Positions 25,922 to 37,478 of a stretch of DNA of 64,000 bases are shown here, one piece after another. Within the stretch, counting starts at the first letter, position 1. Every line of letters begins with the position of its first letter. Origin of the DNA: Alloascoidea hylecoeti (Eukaryota); assembly GCA_001600815.1 (NCBI GenBank), contig BCKZ01000003.1, positions 1,351,474 through 1,415,473 of the forward strand. The letters are read 5' to 3'. A program made the translations under genes and the position numbers. The notes beneath the pieces are model-generated. The model had not been told where the DNA came from and made no database searches. It saw only the letters and a program-made list of their open reading frames with translations.

Positions 25922-28189
25922 TTATTTAATTTTTTCAATATAAGAATCTAATTGTGAAAATAAATTAGATTGATTAAATTCTTTTGATAATCTTAACGCT
26001 GTTATATTTCCAACATCAACTATTTTTATAAATGACGGACAAATTTCAGATAATTTATAAATAATATCAGAAGATTCTTTTGTACTTAAACTACATGAAC
26101 TGCTATCTTTAATTTTATTTTGTATTGCTTTTAATGAAAATGATTGTGTTTTATCGATAGTTCGAAGACTTTTAAAATATTGGTTAGATAATATTATGAT
26201 AAAGTTGATAAATAATACATACCTCATTAAAATTTTAAGAACTTCTTTAGATTTTCCTAATATAAATTTTTCATATTTTTGTTGTGGTGTTTCAGTTTGT
26301 AAAAGTTTCCTATTTCGTTCCTTTAATCTAATCTATATTTATAAATTTAGTTAGTTTAAAATTCAATTAATAATAATGTAAATAATATTTACCTTTTCTA
26401 AAACAGATAAACCTTTACCTTCTTTTAATTCTGTTTCAATTATAGGTTCTTTAAAAGTGAATTTCTTAGGATCATTTCTTAATAATTTTGCTCTTGATGC
26501 ACCAAGAGATGTAGTAGCATCTCTTTTCTTAAATGATGATAGAAAATCTAATGAATATAATGAAACATTACCATCTGATTTTAGATTTTTTTCAATCCAA
26601 TCAATATATTTATCTATAAAAATTTGTTTTCTTTTCATCATTTTTTTAGCTAATATTTCACCAGATTCACAATTTGGCACAGTAATTGAATAATCTTTTA
26701 ATTGTAATGCCAAATGATATGATTCAGGCCATATTGTTAAAATTTGTTGTAATCTAGATATTGAAAATTCTCTATGTGTTGTACTTTCAACTTGATGTTT
26801 TAATGATTCAAAATATAAAATTGATGAACGAGAAGTAAAATGAAGAGCAATAATATTATCAATAACTGCAAAAAATTTAACTAAAAGATCAAAATTTGAT
26901 TTAAAAGATGATGGAAGTGATGAAAAATCAAATGATGTTGTTTCAAATATTGTTTTTATATTTTCTTTTTTAACATCGATTGTTTTTGATGATTCTAATT
27001 TAACAGATTTAATACTATTTTGTAATTGTAAATTTTCAATTTCAATTTTTGCTTCATTAACTTCTTTTTGAACTTTTTCTAATATTTTAGGATACCATTT
27101 TTTTGCAACATCTGGATGTGATTTAATTCTATTATAAAAAGATGTTTCAGCTACTGTTCGCTTATCATCAGGTTTAAATTGAAATCCAACTGAAGTATCA
27201 ACTGTCCCATTCTTTTTCCGATCTTTATCTCGTATATCTCTTTCTCTTAAAACAGAAGAAGGCAATTTAATATCTCTTTCATCAATTTCAAGATTTGCTC
27301 CTTGAAAGAATGGTATAGAAACACGAAGTCCAGAGCCTGCAGGTGGTGAAATAACTCTATGAATAGTGCTTACACAAACACCACGACTAATAGCTTCTAA
27401 TGCTTGTCCTACTGCTATAACAAGAGTATCATCTATAGGTGGGACATCCTCCCATTCATTTGATTTGTTTAATACTTGTAGAGATGTGTGGGGGGTAACT
27501 TGTAAAAGATAAGTCAAAAAACCTGAATCTCTGTGAGGGCCAACACCTTGACCAGAAGGAGTATCATGATTGTCCGGTAATATACCTGATAACTGTTTAT
27601 GATTTAAAGAATCTTGTAATTGGTTTGTATCTGGGTATGCTATAATCTTCAATTTATGATATCTTGGTTCATTTTCACTAAAAGAAATGTAGGGATTAAA
27701 TGCATCCGGGGATAATCCAATTGATTCACAAACCAAAGATGTCAATTTAAACCCAACATCAGCCAAAGAATCAATATAATCTTCAACACTTTTTTTAAAA
27801 CCTGGTAGAATTTCTTCAGAAGGATATTGGCTTGGACCTCTTAGATTATTATAAATAGGCTCATTAGGACCAGGAGCTGGAGCATCTGCAGCAAAATCAA
27901 TTTGTTCTCTCCAATCTGTAGTAAATTTAGTTATTTCATTTGCTAACCGTGTGTATCCTAAAAAATGAGGTGAATTTGTCATTTCCACTTTTAATTTTTC
28001 TTCTAAAGGTAATTTAAAGAATTGAAATGCCTTTTCTTTTATAGATTCTGTAATAGATTCTGGGACATTATAATTTTTCAGATAAAAAAAGCCAACATCG
28101 AGAAGCGAAGCACGCAGTTGAGACAACAATTGTGGTTTTGTCTTTGGATCATCTGCTAACGAGAGGTCAATTACCGTGACAGAGGTCAT
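25922..28189 (-). CDS. CDT1: Cdt1/Tah11 replication licensing factor with N-terminal 2OG/Fe(II) dioxygenase domain (exons 28189-26393, 26332-26223, 26168-25922; 717 aa)
   Basis: N-half IPNS-like: VIDLS, VGFFYLKNY, SPHFLGY, DWREQID, GPHRDSGFLT, STIHRV, RVSIPFF. C-half Cdt1-like: LKHQVESTTHREFSISRLQQILTIWPESY, SVLEK/IRLKE, C-terminal winged helix LSEICPSFIKIV. Two canonical introns (26392-26333, 26222-26169). Divergent from SSC1, as TAH11 is in S. cerevisiae. Confidence 0.88.
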
Positions 28190-28360
28190 TAAAGTGTGAA
28201 TATTGTGAAAATCATGATATATCAGAAGATCATCTGGAGGTTTAGTTAAGCAATACCACGTGACGCACACCCGGGTAACCTCTTTGGTTGAAATATTCTG
28301 GAACCTCTCCGAAAGTTTTTTCTCCTTCTTCATCACATAGTTTTTCATCGAAATTTAAAC
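28190..28360. promoter_or_regulatory. 171-bp bidirectional promoter between CDT1 and SSC1
   Basis: Cbf1-type CACGTGAC 28257-28264, Reb1-type CCGGGTAA 28271-28278, heat-shock-element-like TTCtgGAAccTCTccGAA 28296-28313. Confidence 0.7.
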
Positions 28361-30541
28361 ATGTTGTCTTCTCGTCTCGCAAGATCGGTTTTTCAAAGAG
28401 TATGTAACTTCGGAAACGTTATAAATATCCAGAATACTTTGATCCATTGGGATTGATCAATCGATTGATGTTCTTTTGACAAAATGTCTTGATGTCAGAT
28501 CTCCTTGTATTTCTGCATTTCTGGGGATATTTGCTCAAAAATTGATGATGATGATGATTATTGATTCTAACCTCTTTTATAGCCTGCTCTCAGAGCTGTC
28601 TCTTCTCCATTAATGAAATCTGCTCTCCCATTCCAAGCAAGATTCAATTCTAATGGTAAAGTCCAAGGAGCTGTCATTGGTATTGATTTAGGTACTACCA
28701 ATTCTGCTGTTGCTTTAATGGAAGGCAAAGTTCCAAAAATTATTGAAAATGCCGAAGGTTCCCGAACAACTCCATCAGTTGTTGCTTTCACCAAAGATGG
28801 TGAACGTTTAGTTGGTATTCCAGCAAAACGTCAAGCTGTTGTTAATCCAGAAAATACTCTTTTCGCCACCAAGAGATTGATTGGTAGACGATTTGAAGAT
28901 ATTGAAGTACAAAGAGATATTAAGGCTGTTCCATATAAAATCATTAAACACACAAATGGTGATGCTTGGTTGGAAGCCCGTGGTGAAAAATATTCTCCAG
29001 CTCAAATTGGTGGTTTTGTTTTAAACAAGATGAAGGAAACTGCTGAGGCATATCTCGGTAAGACTGTTAAAAATGCTGTTGTTACTGTCCCAGCTTATTT
29101 CAATGATTCTCAACGTCAAGCTACTAAAGATGCTGGTCAAATTGTTGGATTAAACGTTTTACGTGTTGTTAATGAACCAACTGCTGCTGCTTTGGCTTAT
29201 GGTTTAGAAAAAAATGATGGTAAAGTCGTCGCTGTCTTTGATTTAGGTGGTGGTACTTTTGATATTTCCATCTTAGATATCGATCATGGTGTCTTTGAAG
29301 TTAAGTCTACAAATGGTGATACACATCTTGGTGGTGAAGATTTCGATATTGTTCTTGTTAGACATTTAGTCAAGCAATTCAAGGATGAAACTGGTATAAA
29401 TTTAGAAAATGATAGAATGGCTATTCAACGTATTCGTGAAGCTGCTGAAAAAGCCAAAATTGAGTTATCTTCTACTGTGGCCACTGAAATTAATTTACCT
29501 TTCATTACTGCTGATGCATCTGGTCCTAAACATATTAACTCAAAACTTTCTCGTGCTCAATTAGAAGGACTTGTTGAAAGTTTAATTAAGAAGACTATTG
29601 ATCCAGTTAAGAAAGCTCTTCATGATGCTGGTCTTAATACAAATGAAATTAATGATGTTATTCTTGTTGGTGGTATGAGTCGTATGCCAAAGGTTGTTGA
29701 AACTGTTAAATCTTTATTCGGTAGAGAACCATCTAAAGCTGTTAATCCAGATGAAGCTGTTGCCATTGGTGCTGCTATTCAAGGTGCTGTTCTTTCCGGT
29801 GAAGTCACTGATGTTTTATTATTAGATGTCACTCCACTTTCTCTCGGTATTGAAACTTTAGGTGGTGTTTTCACTAGATTAATTTCAAGAAACACAACTA
29901 TCCCAACCAAGAAATCACAAATTTTCTCTACTGCTGCTTCTGGACAAACATCTGTTGAGATCCGTGTTTTCCAAGGTGAACGTGAACTTGTCCGTGATAA
30001 CAAATTGATTGGTAACTTCACTCTTTCTGGTATCCCACCAGCTCCAAAAGGTGTTCCTCAAATTGAGGTTACATTCGATATTGATGCTGATGGTATTATC
30101 AATGTCTCTGCCAGTGATAAAGCCACTAACAAGGATGCTTCCATCACTGTTGCTGGTTCTTCAGGTTTATCAGATGCTGAAATTGAAAAGATGGTCAATG
30201 ATGCTGAAAAATTCGCAGAATCTGATAAAGCTCATCGTGAAGCAGTTGAAAATGCAAATAGAGCCGATAGTATTTGTAATGATACTGAAAGTTCATTGAA
30301 AGAATTTGAAGGTAAAGTTGATTCAGCTGAAGCTGAAAGTTTAAAAACTAAAATTGCTGCTTTAAGAGAAATCGTCGCTCGTGCTCAAGCTGGTGAATCT
30401 GTTGATGCAACTGAAATTAAAACAAAAACAACTGAAGTTCAAGAAGATTCATTAAAAGTTTTTGAAAAAGTTTATCAAAATAAAGCTGAAGAAGCTGAAA
30501 AATCAAAGGATGAGAATAAAGATGAAAAGAAAGATAATTAA
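28361..30541 (+). CDS. SSC1: Mitochondrial Hsp70 (exons 28361-28399, 28583-30541)
   Basis: Presequence [47 protein letters not shown] (DnaK/mitochondrial type). Intron 28400-28582 GTATGT..CTAAC..TAG. Confidence 0.97.
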
Positions 30542-30884
30542 AGAAATGAGATACATTAAATGATGATTTTAATAGGAGACAAAAAAAAACACTTTTTTTA
30601 TCTTTCTTTTTGTTATTTCTAATTTCTAGTTTGATGCTTTGCTGTTCCATATCCCAGCGAATGTGTATATAGTTGGAAAATGGTTTGGAATGTTTATTTG
30701 TATCATCTAGCTTGTTTTTTGTGTATATAATAAAATAAAGTAGTATTTATATTTTAAATTGAAATTCAAATTTTGAAGTTTATAATTTATTCGTATGGTA
30801 GGTGTCTGGGTGTTGTGTAAACCATTATGAAAAAAAAAAATTTGATGGGTATAAAATTTCAATATAACTCTATATAAATTAATA

Positions 30885-31854
30885 ATGTCCGATAGTGAAA
30901 ATGAAGGAAGCATATTGGATTCTCTCACGGTGTCTCAGTTAAAACAAGCCAGAAGAGCTGTAACTGCTTTAGTAAAACATGCTTCAAAATCTGAAGACGA
31001 AGAAGGTGAAATAATAAATTTAGTTATTACAGCGAAAAAACCTGTAACGAACAAAACAAACTATATTCCTCGGATAATGTAAGTTTCTTATATAATATGA
31101 ATTGTTTAAAATAAAATATGATACTAATATAACACTAATATGATATAGTCCATTACCTCATAAACTAGCATCTCCTAAAACAGCTCAAATTTTATTCATC
31201 ACAAAGGATCCAGTATCAAAATATCGAGAAGAATTAGAAAATCCAAAATCAATTACAAAAGATTTATTTACAACTATAATGTCAGTTAAAAAATTAAAAT
31301 CAATGTCAAGAAATAAAAAATCTTTACAAGATTTATTTTCAAGTATTGATTATATAATGGTTGATCATAGAACTCATCATTTAATGCCAGAAATTTTAGG
31401 TAAAAAGTTTTATCATGGACATCGGAAAATACCATTTATGGTACGTATATCAAAACCAACAAAATCAGAATTAGAAGGTCTTAGAATAAATCAAAAAGTA
31501 AAAGAATTAATGGATATTGTTGATTCAAAATATATTTCTGCACAAGTTAAAAAAATTATTAAATCAACTTATTTTTTTTTAACTACTGGAACGTGTTTTT
31601 CAATTAAAATTGGTAAAACATCAATGAAAATTGAAGATATTATGGATAATGCATTTGCTGTATTAGATTTTTTCACAAATGTAGATCATGAACCTATTGG
31701 TGGTGGTAGTCTTAAACATGGATTAGATGATATACAAACACTTCAGATTAAAACTCCACAGAGTATCAGTTTATCCTTATTAGATGATGATGTTGAAAAG
31801 AAGAGAAAGATTGAACTTCCTACTGTTCCTGATAAGAAAAGGCGCAGACGATAA
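30885..31854 (+). CDS. UTP30: Ribosomal protein L1-domain ribosome biogenesis factor (exons 30885-31078, 31149-31854)
   Basis: YIPRI/IPLPHKL, ILFITKDP, VDHRTHHLMPEILGKKFYHGHRKIPFMVRISKP resemble Utp30. Intron 31079-31148. RRPE-like A-tract upstream. Confidence 0.85.
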
Positions 31855-32610
31855 AAAGAATTGTATAGTTATCATTAGTATTATTAGAATAAAATTACTT
31901 TATATTTGAATAAAAAATGACATTTAATCCTAAGAGTTAATAAATCTATTCCTATAAATAATATATTTCTAAGAGTTATAAATTTAACAGGATAATAATG
32001 TGGTGTAAATAATTGATAATTATGAAATATATTATCTTAAATTTTCAGTGTGTATTAATAAATGACCATATCTTTTTAATAAAACAACCGCAGTTATAGA
32101 AAGTTCCACAACATACTAAAGATGCAATTATTCAATGAAACGATATCTTTCGCTACTGTATCAGTATGAAATATTAATATTAAACTAGTACAACTAAACG
32201 CGTTAGACATCTTGTATTATAACACTAAAATCAATTGAAATAGCCATAACTATAGTAATATTAATTATTGGATGTAGAACCATTATCCAAAAGGTTAACA
32301 GTTGTAGTTGCATTAATATTATCCAAGGAACATCAGATACATTAACAGGAAGGAAAGTTTCCTTTTCAATACCTGATAATAGCGATTTTAAAACATACTT
32401 TGTTTTTATGTTTATTATATGAATCCAACTATATAAAGAGAAGTATTCGCTACAATTAATTAATACGTAACCCACTTGATTTATTCGTATCTATGTGCAC
32501 TTCAAATAAAATCTGCAAGTCAAAAACACTTATAGAAACTTAACCCCATTCTTTACTCTTCTTCATCTCATTTAACCACCCAATAAATCTCAAAGAAAAA
32601 TAGTTTCAGT

Positions 32611-33909
32611 ATGACCAAGATTTCAAAACCTTTGAATTTAAATGAAAATAATGTACCTGGTAATACACCCACATCAAATGATTCATAGCCCATTATTACG
32701 GAGATTGGAAAACTGCATTTTCAACGGAACAACGTTTGGATTATTCAAGTTCGACTTATTCAACAAAAAAAAGGTACATTATATGGTTCAAGACCAGTAG
32801 CAGTAAGAAGAGTTGATTCAACTATTTTTAATGCTACAGCTATATCATATGAAATTTATTTACTTTTAGAAAGTGTTTTTCACCAAAATATAGCTCGTTA
32901 TTATTGTAAAGAAAGTGTTGATAAATATATCTACATTGGATTCCAATTATATGATTATACAATATATGATCTTATAAAACATAAAGAGGATTATATTAAT
33001 ATTATATGGAAAGGGAAATTATTATTGGAACAAATGGCTTCTGGCTTAAAACATTTACATTCTCTGAAAATTGTTCATGATGATTTAGGTTCGCAAAATG
33101 TTTTGGTTGCTTTAAGAGAATCACAAACACCAATAAAAATGTTATCAGATCTTGGGTTATATAAAAAATTAGATAATGATGAAACATCTTTACATGAAAC
33201 TCGTGAAGAAGTAGTCTCTTATTGGAGCCCTGCTGAAGCAAAACAGGCAACCAGAGGATTAACAAAAGCAATTGATATTTTTTCAATTGGTTGTGTATTT
33301 TATTATTTTATAACTAGAGGAGAACATCCATTTGGTAATAGATATGTAAGTGGTGGTAACATTATTGAAAATAAATATTCCTTAAATCGTCTGGAGAATT
33401 TTGAAGAAGAGGGAAATTGTGAAGCTGGATCTTGTATCATCTATGATCTCAAATGATCGAACAGCAAGACCAGAGGCGAGTGAAGTTTTAAGGCATCCGT
33501 ATTTATGGTCTAATTCTAGAAAATTGGGTTTCTTACAAAAATTTTCTGATACATTGCTGGAAAAAGATGCCAAGAGTCGATCTCATTTAGTTCAAAAGGT
33601 TGAGTCTGGTGCTCATAAAATTATTGGTAACGATTTGTTTACCAAGTTAGATGAACAATTAATAGATGATTTAAGAAAGAACAGAACATACGTATACCAA
33701 TCTCATCGACTGTATGATTTACTTCGAGCTCTAAGGAATAAAAATCATCTTTATAGTAAAATTTCTCCTAATGTTAATACAGAATTAGGTTCTTATCCTA
33801 ATGAATTTTATTCATATTTTGAAAGAAAATTCCCAAAATTATTATTTATAATATTGTTAAAGCAGAATTATGTGATGATTCTGTTTTCAAAGAATATTTT
33901 GAAGATTAA
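32611..33909 (+). pseudogene. IRE1-like kinase + KEN ribonuclease pseudogene lacking luminal and TM domains
   Basis: RPVAVRR, LLESVFHQNIARYYCKE, GLKHLHSLKIVHDDL, MLSDLGLYKKLD, AIDIFSIGCVFYY, HPFG, HPYLW, DLLRALRNKNH, YFERKFPKLL. Stop at 32686-32688; frameshifts near 33420 and 33850. Confidence 0.88.
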
Positions 33910-34099
33910 GATAATGGTGAAAAAAAAGAAAGAGGTTTGAAGATATAAATATATTCAACTACAGCAAGTCAAAATATCTTATTACATAGTATTATTAGTT
34001 TTATAAATATTGATAAAAACGAAAGAAATATAAAACAGAAATGCACTCTATTTCAGCTCATCTAGATCTAATTTTCTATTCATAAGGTGAGTTAAGGAG

Positions 34100-34607
34100 A
34101 CACCATGTATAGTGTGTGCAGCTTCCAAAATCTACAAACAGTGAGCCTCGCTAAGGCTTTTAGAAATACCAATAATCATCGGTATATTATTTCCTTTTGA
34201 AATGTCGCTTTTTTTCCTCCTGTTGTTTTGATATTCTGATCATAAAGATCCACGACATGGGTATTTATATTCATTCCGTATCATTTTAAATGTAGTAGGT
34301 ACTTGTTTTACCTCCTTAATATGCTTTGGGAACTTTGTTATCCAATAGCTATAGCTATAGCTAGCGGTTCTGTGTGTTGTTGGATATTGTCAAGGGCAAG
34401 TCGTACACCAGCGTTGGAAACCAGCATTCCACCCTGTATATGTTCTTGTTTCATAGTCAAATATTGTGGCATTACAGTTATTATGGGATGGGTACTATAT
34501 TTAGGCTAATTAAAGAAAAAAGTAAGTTAATCGCAAACCATTTTTGTGGTGGACCATGCTTTGTTGGCACGGCATGGGCAGGTGGCCGAAATTGAGAGAG
34601 ATGACTG
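34100..34607 (-). mobile_element. Probable 5' relic of a pogo/Fot1 element (TIR-like end plus HTH fragment)
   Basis: Reverse strand VRLALDNIQQHTEPLAIAIAIG*...VPK/SILRR resembles the Fot1 N-terminal HTH. Upstream TIR-like CAGTCATCTCTCTCAATTTCGGCCACC (34607-34581). Confidence 0.4.
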
Positions 34608-34764
34608 ATTTAATATTATTACATCTTTATGGCGAATTATTCATTGCAATATGGGCGAATAGTGTCATATATGTTGGCTGATATAAAGGTCAACACGTGG
34701 TCGATACTAACATGTACTGCATTAATTTAAATTTTACTGTTGTTACTTCTACATAATTTAAGTT

Positions 34765-36203
34765 ATGAATTATATTCCAACAGAACTTAACGAAAAGCAA
34801 TCAAATTTGGATGAAAAGAAATTCAAAGCTTTTTCTAAAACGAAGAATTATATCAATATATTTATTTTATTAATTACAACTTTGTTGGTAATATTTATAT
34901 CTTTGGTGTTAAAATTTAAAGATACGAATAGCACAGACTCTGAAAATATTATAAATGATTTACCTCAACAAAATCAATTCCCTTTTTCTTTTAATTTAGA
35001 AAAAGATAGGACACAGATTGGAATTGAAAATGCAACGATAGTAATGTTAGTGAGGAATTTTGAGTTGGAAGGTGCTTTGTCCTCAATGAGATATCTTGAG
35101 GATAGGTTTAACAAAAGATACAAGTATCCATGGACGTTTTTAAACGATGTACCTTTTACTAAAGAGGTATGTAATTAACGAATCGATTAATTTCTCATGA
35201 AATATAAATTCTAAAAAAAGATTGTTACATTAGTTTAAGAAATATACAACAAATATGGCATCTGGAAAAACTGAATATGGATTAATTCCATCTAAAGAAT
35301 GGAATAAACCAGATTTTATAAATACAACACTAATGTATCAAAATTTTAAAAAAATGGTTAAAGATGATGTTATTTATGGTGGAAGTCTTTCATATCGAAA
35401 TATGTGTAAATTTAATTCTGGTTATTTTTTTAGACAAAATTTAACAAATCAATATCGTTATTACTTTAGAGTGGAGCCAGATGTTGAACATCTTTGTGAT
35501 TTCAGATAGTAAGTTATTTTCTTCTTCGTATTTAAGGAAAATATTAACTGGTTTGCATTTTATTTTAGTGATCCTTTTACATTTATGAGAGAGAACAATA
35601 AAGCTTATGGATTTGTTATGACTTTTTATGAATATGAAGATACAATTAAAACACTATGGAATGTTACAATGGATTTTTTCAAAAAACATCCAAATTATAT
35701 GCCAAAAGATAATTCATATAAATTTATTACAGATAAAAAAACATTTATAGGTGAAATAAATCCACCAAGTAATTCAGATTATAATTTATGTCATTTTTGG
35801 AGTAATTTTGAAATTGGAGATATGGATTTTTATAGATCTAAAGAATATCTTGATTATTTTGAATATTTAGAAAAATCTGGTGGATTTTATTATGAAGTAA
35901 GTTGTATTCAATCTATATGAATGTTTTTTTTTGTTACTAATCTTTTAAAATTTAAAATAGAGATGGGGAGATGCCCCAGTTCATTCCTTGGCTGTATCAT
36001 TATTACTTCCAACGAATCGTGTACATCATTTCAGTGATTTAGGTTATTACCATCCTCCTTTTCAAAGATGTCCATATGATGAAAAGTTCTATGAAAGTGG
36101 AGCCTGTGTTTGTCGTGCAGATAGAGATAATTTTGATGTCATACCTCATTCTTGTCTTCCGAGATGGTGGAGAGTTGCTGGGAAACCATTTCTTAAAGTA
36201 TAA
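34765..36203 (+). CDS. KRE2/MNT1-family (GT15) alpha-1,2-mannosyltransferase (exons 34765-35166, 35234-35508, 35569-35896, 35961-36203)
   Basis: Type II TM anchor; ENATIVMLVRN, LEDRFN, YPWTFLND, SYRNMCKFNSG, RVEPD, YNLCHFWSNFEI, YYE/RWGDAPVH. Three introns restore the frame. Confidence 0.94.
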
Positions 36204-36376
36204 TATGTAATATATGTTATAGAGATTGCTAATTAATGTACTGTAGTGTGCCATTTATTCCTAATTGTGACGCACGAACCTTAAATGGAAATTTAAGACT
36301 GATGATAGTTTGGAAGTTATAATTTCACAACTGAACAATAGGGATCATAAATGTCATTAATATATCATACAACACA

Positions 36377-37378
36377 ATGAGTATAATAATAGATCGACTG
36401 AATCAGCTTCATTCCGTTACTTCATTAGTGAAAAGGAAAATTATAGAATTAGAGACTTTGGGTCTTTCTGTTAATCCATCAGTGGATTTGTCAAGTGATC
36501 GATTGGATTTATGTGATGATATTCGGAAACAACTTCTCTTACTACAAGACACGTTTACAAAGATTCAACTAGAGGTGGAAGATGTTATAGATATAAATGA
36601 AAGATTGGATTATGAAGTTAAGTTAGATGAATTGGAGGAATTTATTGGTGATCTTCGTCAAGAATTTCGTAAAGCAACTTTACAATCGAAAAAAAATGAA
36701 GTATTAAAAATTGAAAGAGAAAGGTTTTTATTATTTGCACCTCAAAAGATTAAAAAGGAGACAATAGAAGGTACAAATACATCCAACTCTGATGATCTAT
36801 TTGAATATCTTACAATCAATAGAAGTGGAACAGGGTTAGAAAATGCGCTAGAGGATCGTCTTCTTAGAAAAACAGAAGCTGTTACAGATACATTAAAACG
36901 ATCTCATACTTTAATGCAAGGAGAATTGGCTAAATCATCATTAAATGTTGAAGCATTGGATGAATCAACAAAGAATTTACAAATGTTAGAACAAAAATAC
37001 ACTGCTCTTGACATAATTACGAGGGGTTCTCAAAAACTAATTTCACATATTGAACAAGCAGATTTATGGGATAAAAGGATGATGATAGGCAGTTTGAGCT
37101 TTTTGGCAGCTTGTGTGTCCTGGGTTATTTGGTGTAGAGTGTTGAAATGGCCTGTTACGTGGGCTTTGTGGACTATGTTTCGTGGGTTTAGGGTGTTTAG
37201 ATACTTTTTTGTGTTGATATTTGGGAAAGAAGCTGTTTCTTCGATTGATGCTTCTTCAATTGCTTCATCGATTGATGTTTTGTCCTCTGAGACAGTGTTA
37301 ACACAAACACAAACACAAACACACACAATAACAGAAATGTTAACGGAAACGTTAACACGTGCACATGATGAGCTCTAA
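36377..37378 (+). CDS. SEC20: ER SNARE Sec20
   Basis: Coiled-coil N-terminus, VTDTLKRSHTLMQGELAKS SNARE region, DLWDKR + TM, C-terminal HDEL. Confidence 0.88.
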   Translation: MSIIIDRLNQLHSVTSLVKRKIIELETLGLSVNPSVDLSSDRLDLCDDIRKQLLLLQDTFTKIQLEVEDVIDINERLDYEVKLDELEEFIGDLRQEFRKATLQSKKNEVLKIERERFLLFAPQKIKKETIEGTNTSNSDDLFEYLTINRSGTGLENALEDRLLRKTEAVTDTLKRSHTLMQGELAKSSLNVEALDESTKNLQMLEQKYTALDIITRGSQKLISHIEQADLWDKRMMIGSLSFLAACVSWVIWCRVLKWPVTWALWTMFRGFRVFRYFFVLIFGKEAVSSIDASSIASSIDVLSSETVLTQTQTQTHTITEMLTETLTRAHDEL

Positions 37379-37478
37379 TTTTTCATTTTTCACTCACATC
37401 AGATAGAGAATTTTTATATAATTACATTTAATATTAATAAACCTTTCATTCACTTCTGTTAATTTTTAGACTTTCATT

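Noticed and set aside
28190..28348. 53-aa N-terminal extension of the 661-aa ORF in the track
   Set aside because: Overlaps the Cbf1/Reb1/HSE promoter sites and starts 12 bp from the SSC1 ATG. Dioxygenase homology starts at MTSVTVIDLS (28189).
37300..37330. ACACAA repeats in SEC20 and (CAAAAT)n at 49223-49265
   Set aside because: Coding microsatellites (TQ and QN repeats), not CRISPR or structural repeats.
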